NCBI GenBank assembly: GCA_965237525.1
Contig: CBDEFO010000007.1
Coordinates: forward strand, 256,001-320,000
DNA length: 64,000 nucleotides
Origin: Candidatus Latescibacterota bacterium
Lineage (GTDB): Bacteria; Latescibacterota; CBDEFO01
Direction: 5' to 3'
Shown here: in pieces, positions 49,090 to 58,606 of the stretch
Layout: every line of letters begins with the position of its first letter
Position numbering within the stretch: the first letter of the stretch is position 1
Translations under genes and position numbers: made by a program
The notes under the pieces: model-generated
Database searches by the model: none
Seen by the model: the letters and a program-made list of their open reading frames with translations, nothing else
Told to the model about the DNA's origin: nothing

Positions 49090-49173
49090 CAGGCGATCTC
49101 GTAGTCAGTAGACAGGGCCTCGTTCCCTCTGCCGGCACGCCCTGTACTGTTTACTTAGAAAAAGGTCGCTTTA

Positions 49174-49668
49174 GTGAGGACAATAAGAGACATCCTTTTG
49201 ATGACGCTGGTTTTAGTAGTTCAACTGTCGTACGCTTCAAATGTCTCAGTGTTTGGCTTCAGTCCTGATCTTATACTCCTTGTTTTGGTCTATATAGGGC
49301 TATCGAGAGGGCAGATGGAGGCGGTGCTCTTTGGGTTTTTTGCTGGGTTTATTCAGGACGTGTACTCTGCTGAGCCTTTGGGGATTAACGCTCTATCTAA
49401 ATCTCTTGTGGGATTTGCCGTGGGATACGGGCGAGGTAATGTGGTAATAGAAAGTTCCCTGGTGCGGGCCTTTATAATATTTGGCACGGTTGTCCTGCAC
49501 GATATTATCTATTTGCTATGTTACTCGGTATGTTGTTTGAGTCGAGATGTAGTTAGGACATTTTTTGCGTTCTTTCAGCAGGGCTTGGGAACTGCTCTTT
49601 ACAGCACAGTTTTGGGGATAGCGATCTGGTCTTTCGCCGCTTTAGGATTGAAACGGGATGATTTATGA
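49174..49668 (+). CDS. mreD: Rod shape-determining protein MreD
   Basis: PDL, FGFFAGFIQD, GINALSK; directly upstream of mrdA. Confidence 0.88.
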   Translation: MRTIRDILLMTLVLVVQLSYASNVSVFGFSPDLILLVLVYIGLSRGQMEAVLFGFFAGFIQDVYSAEPLGINALSKSLVGFAVGYGRGNVVIESSLVRAFIIFGTVVLHDIIYLLCYSVCCLSRDVVRTFFAFFQQGLGTALYSTVLGIAIWSFAALGLKRDDL

Positions 49669-51509
49669 CGGTTCCTGGATACAGATTTAGGGACGCTTCC
49701 TTTATAGAAAGGAAAGCAAAATTAAGTATATGGTTCATGCTGTCTTTATTTATTCTGTTGGTGGGGAAGCTCTTTTATCTTCAGGTGATGGCTTCAAAGC
49801 GCTACGGAGATGAATCTCAGGGGAATATAGAACGTTCAGTCCCGATAGAGGCGGCACGAGGGCTGATCAAGGACAGAAATGGGAAGATATTGGTGGATAA
49901 TCAACCCTCTTACACTATCTCTTACGTGGGGGAAAATATACAACAAAGAGCAATAGAGAACATAAGGAACCTTACTGGTCTGGATGGTGCTATAGAGGAT
50001 AGGAAGATAGGGCCATTTATGATCTTTCAACCCGTTAAGTTGATGAGAGATGTTGGATTTGAGGTGGCTTCTGTTGTGCAGGAAAACAGGGATGATCTGC
50101 CGGGTGTAGAGATACAGTTGGATGCGAAAAGAAGATATCTGATGGAGAAGTTTGTGTCTCACGTGTTGGGGTACGTGGGGGTAATAAGCCAGAGGGAACT
50201 GGAGAAACTCAAGTCGGAGGGATATCTCAGGGATCAGTGGTTGGGCAAAAAGGGGGTTGAATTGGTTTATGAGAATGTCTTAAAGGGGCAAAACGGCGTC
50301 CAGTGGAGAGAGGTGAACGCTGTGGAGAGGGTTATAAGGGTGATTCCAGGCAGGGGGAAGGAGCCTAAGCCAGGGAACGATGTGTGGATGACCATAGATA
50401 AGAACCTTCAGGAGGCGGCTGAAAGGGCGTTTCCGGACAGCGGACAAGGGAGTTTAGTAGCTATTGACCCGCGCACCGGGGAGGTATTGGCGATGGTCAG
50501 CAGGCCGAACTTTGATCCGAACGAGTTTGCGTCAGGGATGAGCAAGAAAGAGTGGGACCTTCTCCGAAACGATCCTGGTCGCCCCCTTTTAAACAGGACA
50601 ATTCAAGGGCTCTATCCTCCAGGTTCGACGTTCAAATTGATAATGGCAGCAGCCGCGCTTGAAATGGAGATCGTAGATGAAGGAAAGAGGATGCCGACTC
50701 CGTGTAGGGGCGTGATGACTTATGGAGATAGACACTTTAAGTGTTGGAGCGAGAAGGGACACGGAAGTTTAGACCTCCATGAGGCGATAAAACAGTCGTG
50801 CGATATCTATTTTTACCAGTTGGGCGTGCAGGTGGGGCTGGAAAGTTGGGTCAATTACGCTAAGAAATTCGGATTCGAAAAGGAGACCGGGATAGACTTA
50901 GATGGAGAGGAGAACGGGCTTATCCCCACAAGGGAATATTTTGACGCGGTTTATGGAAAGAGGGGATGGTCTGGTGGGGCTCTGTTGAATCTAGCTATCG
51001 GTCAGGGAGAGACTCTGGTAAGTCCGATTCAGATGGCGTGTTTTATCGGAGGTATAGCTACCAAGGGGAAGGTGGCACGTCCTCATCTTTATAAGGGATC
51101 TGCTGCGCCGGAGGGTTCGTGGTCTCCGGAGCCGCAAAATGAATTTAGAAAGATCAGTGGTGTCTCGCAAGAGACGTTTGAAGTAATGGGAAGGGCGCTT
51201 TTGGGAGTTGTTGAGGAAAAGAGAGGCACGGGTCGGCTCGCAAGGGTGAAGGGATACAAGGTTGCGGGAAAGACCGGGACATCCCAAAACCCTCACGGAG
51301 AAGATCACGCGTGGTTTATAGGGTTCGCTCCGTTTGAGGATCCGATCATCGCTGTGGCCGCTATAGTTGAAAATTCAGGTCATGGGGGAAGTGTGGCGGC
51401 TCCTTTAGTGGGCCAGATCATAGAGACCTATCTGAAGCAAATAAGTGGACGGCAAACAGTAGACAGCATGCAGGCAGGAGGAGAGCATGCCCTGTCTACG
51501 GTCCACTGA
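49665..51509 (+). CDS. mrdA: Penicillin-binding protein 2 with repeat-derived C-terminal tail
   Basis: RGLIKDRNG, YPPGSTFK, SCDIYFY, GKTGT, DHAWF. Confidence 0.95.
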   Translation: MTVPGYRFRDASFIERKAKLSIWFMLSLFILLVGKLFYLQVMASKRYGDESQGNIERSVPIEAARGLIKDRNGKILVDNQPSYTISYVGENIQQRAIENIRNLTGLDGAIEDRKIGPFMIFQPVKLMRDVGFEVASVVQENRDDLPGVEIQLDAKRRYLMEKFVSHVLGYVGVISQRELEKLKSEGYLRDQWLGKKGVELVYENVLKGQNGVQWREVNAVERVIRVIPGRGKEPKPGNDVWMTIDKNLQEAAERAFPDSGQGSLVAIDPRTGEVLAMVSRPNFDPNEFASGMSKKEWDLLRNDPGRPLLNRTIQGLYPPGSTFKLIMAAAALEMEIVDEGKRMPTPCRGVMTYGDRHFKCWSEKGHGSLDLHEAIKQSCDIYFYQLGVQVGLESWVNYAKKFGFEKETGIDLDGEENGLIPTREYFDAVYGKRGWSGGALLNLAIGQGETLVSPIQMACFIGGIATKGKVARPHLYKGSAAPEGSWSPEPQNEFRKISGVSQETFEVMGRALLGVVEEKRGTGRLARVKGYKVAGKTGTSQNPHGEDHAWFIGFAPFEDPIIAVAAIVENSGHGGSVAAPLVGQIIETYLKQISGRQTVDSMQAGGEHALSTVH

Positions 51510-51524
51510 CTGCTGTCTACTTGT

Positions 51525-52784
51525 TTGGTGGAGATTAAGATGTTAAATGGTGAAGTCTTCAAAAAGAATATTGATTTTGTCCTTTTGGGAGCAGCTCTGC
51601 TTATAGTTGTAGTAGGGATAGTGGCTATCTACAGCGCCACGCATAATGAGGATAATGATCTTAAGGGCATATATAAAAAGCAGATTCTATGGGCGGTTCT
51701 GGGGTTGGGAGCGATGGCTTTCTCTGTAGCCATTCCGAACAAATTTTTCTACGCTTTTGCCTACGTGATATTCGGAATATCGGTGATCTTGCTGATCCTT
51801 TTATTTCTTTGGGGGGCAAGTGTGGCAAATGCCACCAGATGGTTCAGCCTTGGACCTCTGAAGTTCCAGCCTTCGGAGCTTGCCAAGATAGGCTTGGTTA
51901 TAGCGCTGGCCAGATTTTTGTCTTTGAAGGATTGGAGTCTGGAAAAACCGAGTCGTCTTATAGTTCCGCTCGTTATGACTTTGATTCCCATGGCCTTGAT
52001 AGCTAAGCAGCCTGATTTAGGAACGGCTTTGGTCTTTGGCGCGATTTTCTTTTCTATGCTCTACTGGGCCGGTGCAAGGTTCATCTATCTCTTTGCGATA
52101 CTTTCTCCTCTTTTGAGCTGTACGTTCGCACTATACGGCGAAGAGATCGGATCGGCGCTGTGGTGGGGGCTTTTCTTCGTTGTCTTGATAGGGGCTATAT
52201 GGTTTTGGAGGCCGCGACCGTGGATTACAGCGTTATTGCTTATGCTGAATGTGGGTGTAGGGGCAGCGACTCCTTATATATGGGAGCGCCTGCATGATTA
52301 TCAGCGTCAAAGGATACTGGCGTTTATAAACCCTGCGATGGATCCTCTGGGCGCGCGCTATCAGGTGTCTCAGTCAAAAGTGGCGATAGGTTCTGGAGGA
52401 ATGTGGGGGAAAGGCTTTTTGAATGGGACTCAGACAAACTTTGGCTTTTTACCGCTCGGTCACACGGACTCTATCTTCTCTGTCATAGGGGAAGAGCACG
52501 GATTCTTAGGCTCTATTGTCCTGCTGGCTCTGCTGTATCTTATTGTATGGCGGGCGATAAAGATCGCTTCTTCTGTCAAGAACAAGTTCTCCGGTCTTCT
52601 GGCAATAGGGCTGGCCTCGATATTGGTCTTTCACGTGTTTGTGAACGTGGGGATGACTTTGGATTTAATGCCCGTGACGGGTCTTCCATTGCCCTTTTTG
52701 AGTTATGGGGGGTCTTCGCTCTTAACAAACATGATTTTAGTGGGATTATTGCTTAACGTAAGCGTGCGAAGGCACGAATATTAA
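51525..52784 (+). CDS. rodA: Rod shape-determining protein RodA
   Basis: FQPSE, QPDLGT, AIGSGG..GKG, HTD, PVTGLPLPFLSYGGSS; start may be 51540. Confidence 0.95.
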   Translation: MVEIKMLNGEVFKKNIDFVLLGAALLIVVVGIVAIYSATHNEDNDLKGIYKKQILWAVLGLGAMAFSVAIPNKFFYAFAYVIFGISVILLILLFLWGASVANATRWFSLGPLKFQPSELAKIGLVIALARFLSLKDWSLEKPSRLIVPLVMTLIPMALIAKQPDLGTALVFGAIFFSMLYWAGARFIYLFAILSPLLSCTFALYGEEIGSALWWGLFFVVLIGAIWFWRPRPWITALLLMLNVGVGAATPYIWERLHDYQRQRILAFINPAMDPLGARYQVSQSKVAIGSGGMWGKGFLNGTQTNFGFLPLGHTDSIFSVIGEEHGFLGSIVLLALLYLIVWRAIKIASSVKNKFSGLLAIGLASILVFHVFVNVGMTLDLMPVTGLPLPFLSYGGSSLLTNMILVGLLLNVSVRRHEY

Positions 52785-52800
52785 GCAAATAGACCGTAGC

Positions 52801-52838
52801 CCCCGATTGTCCCCGTTAGATTCAATCGGGGTTCGGGG
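52801..52838. repeat. Family A element nested in another family A copy
   Basis: CCCCGATTGT[CCCCGTTAGATTCAATCGGGG]TTCGGGG. Confidence 0.8.
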
Positions 52839-52919
52839 AGGACAGGGTACTTCACCCCCCAATTACTCAAGCACTATTGTTACCGGACACTCAAAATCGG
52901 GGGAAGGAGCAAGAAACTG

Positions 52920-53723
52920 ATGCGTTCCGTTTTATTCGAGATTTCTACGCCTTTGGGGCATCTTCAGATAAGAGGATATGGGTTGATGCTGGCTTTTGCT
53001 TTTCTGTGTGGAATCTATCTGGCGGTCAGAAGAGGGAAGCAGGTTGGGATCAAACGGGCGGATATTGTGGATCTGTCGCTGTATATTATAATAGCGGCCG
53101 TAATAGGCGCAAGATTTGCCTATGTCCTCTTTCACTGGAACGAGTTTTCAGAGAGTCCTTTGGATATTGTAAATCCTTTTGGGGGTGATAGCATAGGAAT
53201 ATCGGGATTGGTCTTCTACGGGGGATTAATACTGTCTATCTTTGCGAGCGTGGTCTATACGCGAAAAAGAAATATATCCTTTTGGAAAATGGCCGATGTG
53301 ATGGCCCCTTCGATTGCTCTGGGCATATTCTTTACGAGAATCGGTTGTTTTCTGAACGGGTGTTGCTTCGGAAGGGAGTGCGATCTTGCATGGGGTGTTG
53401 TATTCCCCGATGAGAGTCTTGCGGGTTATATTTTTCCTGATGTCCAGATACACCCGACTCAGATATATTCCTCTTTATACGGTCTGGGGATATTCGGGAT
53501 TTTGATATTCATAGAGAGGTTCAAAAGTTTCGATGGCTTTACGTTTTGGTCTTTTGTAGGGCTCTATTCGATAGCCCGGTTCTCAGTGGATTTCTTGCGC
53601 TACTACGATAGTATGATCTTATTTAATATCGGTAATGTTCCCATTAATGCGAATCAGGGCTTAAGCGCGGTTTTGTTCTTCACCGCTTGCGGGATGTTCC
53701 TTGTGTTAAGAAAAGCAAAGTAA
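52920..53723 (+). CDS. lgt: Prolipoprotein diacylglyceryl transferase
   Basis: YG, GARFAYV, GLVFYGG, RIGCFLNGCCFG, HPTQIY, RF..DFLR. Confidence 0.93.
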   Translation: MRSVLFEISTPLGHLQIRGYGLMLAFAFLCGIYLAVRRGKQVGIKRADIVDLSLYIIIAAVIGARFAYVLFHWNEFSESPLDIVNPFGGDSIGISGLVFYGGLILSIFASVVYTRKRNISFWKMADVMAPSIALGIFFTRIGCFLNGCCFGRECDLAWGVVFPDESLAGYIFPDVQIHPTQIYSSLYGLGIFGILIFIERFKSFDGFTFWSFVGLYSIARFSVDFLRYYDSMILFNIGNVPINANQGLSAVLFFTACGMFLVLRKAK

Positions 53724-53789
53724 AGCGGTAGTACGGCGGAATCGTCAGAGATTTTAACTATACTACGACTCTTAAAAAGGGAGGGGATT

Positions 53790-54767
53790 ATGTCGGATAC
53801 GCCGCTTGTTAGGGTAGGTGTACTTACCAGCCAAAGATTTGTCCACATCAGTGGAATATGGGGACCTATTATTTATCCCTATGGCGAGGCAGAATTCAAG
53901 GGGGTCAAAACTCGAATGACGGGGATGGTAATGACTCATGTGTGGGATATGGACAGAGAAGGATCACAGGAGTTTGCCAGAATCTACGGAGGTATGGAGG
54001 TAGTAGATAATTACTACGATATGGTGGGTAAGGTAGATGGCATCATCCTTTCTGATTTCGACTCGTGCATCCACTTCAAGGAGTTGACGAAGCCTTATCT
54101 TGAGGCTGGTGTTCCCATTTTCATCAATCGGCCTTTTGCCATGAACCTTGAAGATGCTCGGTATATGATAGATCTTGCCAAAGAGCACAACACTCCGATT
54201 ATGACCGGATCGTCGTTTGAGTACGCCCCTGAGGTTGAGTATATCAGAAGAACAGTGAAGGAGATAGAGCCGATCAGGGGGTATACAGCCGCCAACTCTA
54301 TGTCGGATTATCCATCCCACGGGAGTCACGGCCCGCTCTTTGTCTACTCCTGTATTGGAGGTGGTATAAAGAGCGTGTCCTATCAGACTCCCGATTGGAG
54401 GACTTACAACGGGATAATCGTTATCGAGTATGAGGGTAGAGATGGAGGCAAGCCGTTCTACGGATGTATACAGGAGATATCTGGCACGTGGGGATGGATA
54501 AGAGTCTTTGGAGAGAGGACATTTGAACAGTTTATAGGGAGCGATCTATCCTTCTGGGTGCCCATAGTTCTGGAGATGCAGAGCATGTTTGAGACGAGAG
54601 AGATGCCCGAATCTTATGACGCTATCTATGAGAAGACGCAGCTCTTTCTTGCGGGCTTCAAGTCTCATGTTGAGTGTGGTGGTGCGCCTGTTGCTCTGTC
54701 AGAGATAGGGGATTGGACGGCCCCTCTTGTGAATCCAGATCCGTATCCGGATGGGTACTTCACATAG
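53790..54767 (+). CDS. Gfo/Idh/MocA-like oxidoreductase, copy 1
   Basis: THVWD, VDGII, PYLEAGVPIFINRPFA, GSS; Rossmann-like N-terminal half. Confidence 0.7.
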   Translation: MSDTPLVRVGVLTSQRFVHISGIWGPIIYPYGEAEFKGVKTRMTGMVMTHVWDMDREGSQEFARIYGGMEVVDNYYDMVGKVDGIILSDFDSCIHFKELTKPYLEAGVPIFINRPFAMNLEDARYMIDLAKEHNTPIMTGSSFEYAPEVEYIRRTVKEIEPIRGYTAANSMSDYPSHGSHGPLFVYSCIGGGIKSVSYQTPDWRTYNGIIVIEYEGRDGGKPFYGCIQEISGTWGWIRVFGERTFEQFIGSDLSFWVPIVLEMQSMFETREMPESYDAIYEKTQLFLAGFKSHVECGGAPVALSEIGDWTAPLVNPDPYPDGYFT

Positions 54768-54939
54768 GTGGCCGCAGGAGGAATTGACCTGGACGGTACT
54801 CCCAACAAGTTCTGGAACAAGCTCCGAAGTGGGTCGAAGAACTTTTGGGGGGAGGGGAAATTGGGGGTCTGGTAGAAGAAATTACGTGTAGAGGTTTCCT
54901 CAAAGCCACCCGGTTTATAATCGAAAAGGAGAGGGAATT

Positions 54940-55917
54940 ATGTCTGATACGCCTCTTGTGAGGGTAGGTATACTTACCAGTCAAAGGTTTGTCCACATCA
55001 GTGGAATATGGGGACCTATAATTCAGCCGTATTGCGAGCTGGAGGGTGAAGGGTCCAAGACTCGAATGACGGGCATGGTAATGACTCATGTGTGGGATAT
55101 GGACAGAGAAGGTGCACAGGAGTTTGCCGGAATCTACGGAGGTATAGAGGTAGTAGATGAGTACTACGATATGGTGGGTAAGGTAGATGGCGTTATCCTC
55201 TCTGATTTCGATTCGTGCATCCGCTATAAGGAGTTGACGAAGCCCTATCTTGAGGCTGGTGTTCCCATTTTCATCAATCGGCCTTTTGCCATGAACCTGG
55301 AAGATGCTCGGTATATGATAGATCTTGCCAAGAAGCACAACACTCCGATTATGACCGGATCGTCGTTTGAGTATGCCCCTGAGGTCGAGTATATCAGAAG
55401 AACAGTGAAGGAGATAGAGCCGATCAGGGGGTATACAGCCGCCAACTCTATGTCGGATTATCCATCTCACGGGAGTCACGGCCCGCTCTTTGTCTACTCC
55501 TGTATTGGAGGAGATATCAAGAGTGTATCCTATCAGACTCCCGATTGGAGGACACCCAACGGGATAATCGTTATCGAGTATGAGGGTAGAGATGGAGGCA
55601 AGCCGTTCTACGGATGTATACAGGAGATATCTGGCACATGGGGATGGATAAGGGTCTTTGGAGAGAGGACATTTGAACAGTTTATAGGGAGCGATCTATC
55701 CTTCTGGGTGCCCATAGTTCTGGAGATGCAGAGCATGTTTGAGACGAGAGAGATGCCCGAATCTTATGACGCTATCTATGAGAAGACGCAGCTCTTTCTT
55801 GCGGGCTTCAAGTCTCATGTTGAGTGTGGTGGTGCGCCTGTTGCTCTGTCAGAGATAGGGGATTGGACAGCTCCTCTTTTGAATCCTGACCCATATCCAG
55901 ATGGATACTTCGGATAG
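54940..55917 (+). CDS. Gfo/Idh/MocA-like oxidoreductase, copy 2
   Basis: 325 aa, about 19 substitutions versus copy 1. Confidence 0.7.
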   Translation: MSDTPLVRVGILTSQRFVHISGIWGPIIQPYCELEGEGSKTRMTGMVMTHVWDMDREGAQEFAGIYGGIEVVDEYYDMVGKVDGVILSDFDSCIRYKELTKPYLEAGVPIFINRPFAMNLEDARYMIDLAKKHNTPIMTGSSFEYAPEVEYIRRTVKEIEPIRGYTAANSMSDYPSHGSHGPLFVYSCIGGDIKSVSYQTPDWRTPNGIIVIEYEGRDGGKPFYGCIQEISGTWGWIRVFGERTFEQFIGSDLSFWVPIVLEMQSMFETREMPESYDAIYEKTQLFLAGFKSHVECGGAPVALSEIGDWTAPLLNPDPYPDGYFG

Positions 55918-56089
55918 GTGGACGCAGAATGAAATGAGATGGATGGGACTCCCAAGAAGTTCAAGAATAAGCCACGAAGTGGGTCGAAGAACTTTTGGGG
56001 GGAGGGGGAATTGGGGATCTGGTAGAAGATACTACGCGTAGAGGTTTCCTCAAAGCCACCCGGTTTATAATCGAAAAGGAGAGGGAATT

Positions 56090-57067
56090 ATGTCTGATAT
56101 GCCTCTTGTCAGAGTCGGTGTACTTACCAGTCAAAGGTTTGTCCACATCAATGGAATATGGGGACCTATAATTAATCCCTACGGCGAGGCAGAATTCAAG
56201 GGGGCCAAAACTCGAATGACGGGGATGGCAATGACTCATGTGTGGGATATGGACAGAGAAGGTGCACAGGAGTTTGCCAGAATCTATGGAGGCATAGAAG
56301 TAGTAGATAATTACTACGATATGGTGGGGAAGGTAGATGGCGTCATCCTTTCTGATTTCGATTCGTGCATCCGCTTCAAGGAGTTGACGAAGCCTTATCT
56401 TGAGGCTGGTGTTCCCATTTTCATCAATCGGCCTTTTGCCATGAACCTGGAAGATGCTCGGTATATGATAGATCTTGCCAAGAAGCACAACACTCCGATT
56501 ATGACCGGATCGTCATTTGAGTATGCCCCTGAGGTCGAGTATATCAGAAGAACAGTGAAGGAGATAGAGCCGATCAGGGGGTATACAGCCGCCAACTCTA
56601 TGTCGGATTATCCATCCCACGGGAGTCACGGCCCGCTCTTTGTCTACTCCTGTATTGGAGGTGGTATAAAGAGCGTGTCCTATCAGACTCCCGATTGGCG
56701 GACTCCCAACGGGATAATCGTTATCGAGTATGAGGGTAGAGATGGAGGCAAGCCGTTCTACGGATGTATACAGGAGATATCTGGCACGTGGGGATGGATA
56801 AGAGTCTTTGGAGAGAGGACATTCGAACAGTTTTTAGGGAACGATCTACCCTTCTGGGTGCCCATAGTTCTGGAGATGCAGAGCATGTTTGAGACGAGAG
56901 AGATGCCCGAATCTTATGACGCTATCTATGAGAAGACGCAGCTCTTTCTTGCAGGCTTCAAGTCTCATGTTGAGTGTGGTGGTGCGCCTGTTGCTCTGTC
57001 AGAGATAGGGGATTGGACAGCTCCTCTTTTGAATCCCGACCCATATCCAGATGGATACTTCGGATAG
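56090..57067 (+). CDS. Gfo/Idh/MocA-like oxidoreductase, copy 3
   Basis: 325 aa, near-identical to copies 1 and 2. Confidence 0.7.
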   Translation: MSDMPLVRVGVLTSQRFVHINGIWGPIINPYGEAEFKGAKTRMTGMAMTHVWDMDREGAQEFARIYGGIEVVDNYYDMVGKVDGVILSDFDSCIRFKELTKPYLEAGVPIFINRPFAMNLEDARYMIDLAKKHNTPIMTGSSFEYAPEVEYIRRTVKEIEPIRGYTAANSMSDYPSHGSHGPLFVYSCIGGGIKSVSYQTPDWRTPNGIIVIEYEGRDGGKPFYGCIQEISGTWGWIRVFGERTFEQFLGNDLPFWVPIVLEMQSMFETREMPESYDAIYEKTQLFLAGFKSHVECGGAPVALSEIGDWTAPLLNPDPYPDGYFG

Positions 57068-57082
57068 TTGCTGGAGGATGGG

Positions 57083-57751
57083 ATGTGCGATCTTTCCCTT
57101 AAGACGAAGATGATAGCTGATGCTTTGGAAAGGATGTTCGGCCGACCCCAATGGGAGGGCGAAGGCAATGCGCTGGAGAGCTTGATAAGGACTGTTCTTT
57201 CTCAGAACACCAACGACATAAATAGAGATAGAGCATATTGTGCCTTGAGAGACAGGTTTCCAACGTGGGAGGATGTACTGGAGGCCGATGCCCAAGAGAT
57301 AGCTGATGTTATCAAAGTGGGAGGCCTGGCGAATCAGAAGAGCGTCAGGATAGTGGAAATACTGACCTGGATCAAGGAGACTTACGGAAAGCTGAACATA
57401 GATTTCGTATGTGGTATGGAGACAGACAAGGCTATTGATCTCTTCTGCTCGCGGAAAGGGATTGGTCCCAAGACTGTAGGTGTAATGCTAATGTCTGGGT
57501 GCGGCACGGATATTTTCCCTATAGATACACATATTCACAGGATCACAAGGAGATTGGGGCTTGTGCCTCAACACTGTACAGCAGAAAGGGCGTATGATCT
57601 TATGTCGGAGCTTGTTCCCGATGGGAGGTCGTATTCGCTGCACACAAATATGATACGTTTCGGGCGAAATGTATGCCACGCCCGGAATCCCGAATGTGAG
57701 GGATGCCCGCTCTACGATGACTGCGTCTGGGTTAAGGAGAACAGGTCTTAG
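57083..57751 (+). CDS. nth: Endonuclease III (HhH-GPD) family DNA glycosylase
   Basis: LSQNT, GIGPKT, FPIDTH, CHARNPECEGCPLYDDC 4Fe-4S motif. Confidence 0.88.
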   Translation: MCDLSLKTKMIADALERMFGRPQWEGEGNALESLIRTVLSQNTNDINRDRAYCALRDRFPTWEDVLEADAQEIADVIKVGGLANQKSVRIVEILTWIKETYGKLNIDFVCGMETDKAIDLFCSRKGIGPKTVGVMLMSGCGTDIFPIDTHIHRITRRLGLVPQHCTAERAYDLMSELVPDGRSYSLHTNMIRFGRNVCHARNPECEGCPLYDDCVWVKENRS

Positions 57752-57814
57752 CTACAGATCTTAAGAGGCCGAAGCCCCGGGCTCTGCGCGCCTGCCCAGA
57801 GTCTACCAAGTGCC

Positions 57815-58531
57815 GTGCCAGCAGAAGAAAGCTCTGGTTCCATGGAATACGACGCTGTCATTTTCGATCTCTTCGGGACATTGGTTGACACCTTTCCCTT
57901 TCGGGAACACGAGCTTATGCTGTCTGAAATGGCTGCTGCCCTTTCCGCGTCTCCCCACGATTTCTCCCGCTTGTGGGTCGAAACTTTCAACGAGCGGGGG
58001 ACAGGGGCTTTTCCGACCCTGGAGGCCAATATTGAGTATATCTGTCGGGTTCTGGCTCTGCCTTCGGAATCTGCTCGGGTCACAGCAGTCGCCCGCATAC
58101 GGGTCGATTTTACACGGCGCATCCTCACACCGCGGCCTGACGCGGTGGAGACGCTGGCTCAACTGAGGGTATCAGGCTACAAAATAGGGCTCATCAGCGA
58201 CTGTTCGCCAGAAGTTCCGCTCCTCTGGAAAGACACACCCTTTTCTCGGCTGGTGGATGCTCCTATCTTCTCGTGTGCGGTGGGCCTCAGGAAGCCTGAT
58301 CCTCGCATGTATCAACTCGCGTGTGAGCGGCTGGCAGTTATGTCGCAGAACTGTCTCTACGTAGGCGATGGAAGCAGCCGTGAGCTAACCGGAGCTTCTC
58401 AATTCGGCATGCACTCGGTTCTTATTCGTGTTCCCTACCAAGACACCTATGATGTTCACCGTCCGGATGCGGAGGAATGGCAGGGGCCTACGGTCTCGGC
58501 GTTGAAAGATGTCATGACACTGTTAGAATAA
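57815..58531 (+). CDS. HAD superfamily hydrolase
   Basis: FDLFGTL, LISD, KPDP, YVGDG; start may be 57842. Confidence 0.88.
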   Translation: MPAEESSGSMEYDAVIFDLFGTLVDTFPFREHELMLSEMAAALSASPHDFSRLWVETFNERGTGAFPTLEANIEYICRVLALPSESARVTAVARIRVDFTRRILTPRPDAVETLAQLRVSGYKIGLISDCSPEVPLLWKDTPFSRLVDAPIFSCAVGLRKPDPRMYQLACERLAVMSQNCLYVGDGSSRELTGASQFGMHSVLIRVPYQDTYDVHRPDAEEWQGPTVSALKDVMTLLE

Positions 58532-58606
58532 TTGCAATCTTGTCGACATTGGTTGCCGCGGATACGAGGTTTTCAGCCAGATACTTATATGGACAGAGAT
58601 AGCTAA

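Larger units (their letters stand above)
53790..57067 (+). repeat. Tandem triplication, period 1150 bp
   Basis: Starts at 53790, 54940 and 56090; two homologous 172-bp spacers. Confidence 0.95.

Noticed and set aside
53404..53425. Family A-like CCCCGATGAGAGTCTTGCGGG in lgt
   Set aside because: The right arm does not pair and it encodes the ordinary Lgt VFP segment, so it is likely chance.
54829..54868. G-quadruplex in the triplication spacers
   Set aside because: G tracts are present but irregular, with no independent support for a function.
53790..57067. Diversity-generating retroelement template and variable repeats
   Set aside because: Differences are not confined to adenines, whole genes are repeated, and no reverse transcriptase is in the window.
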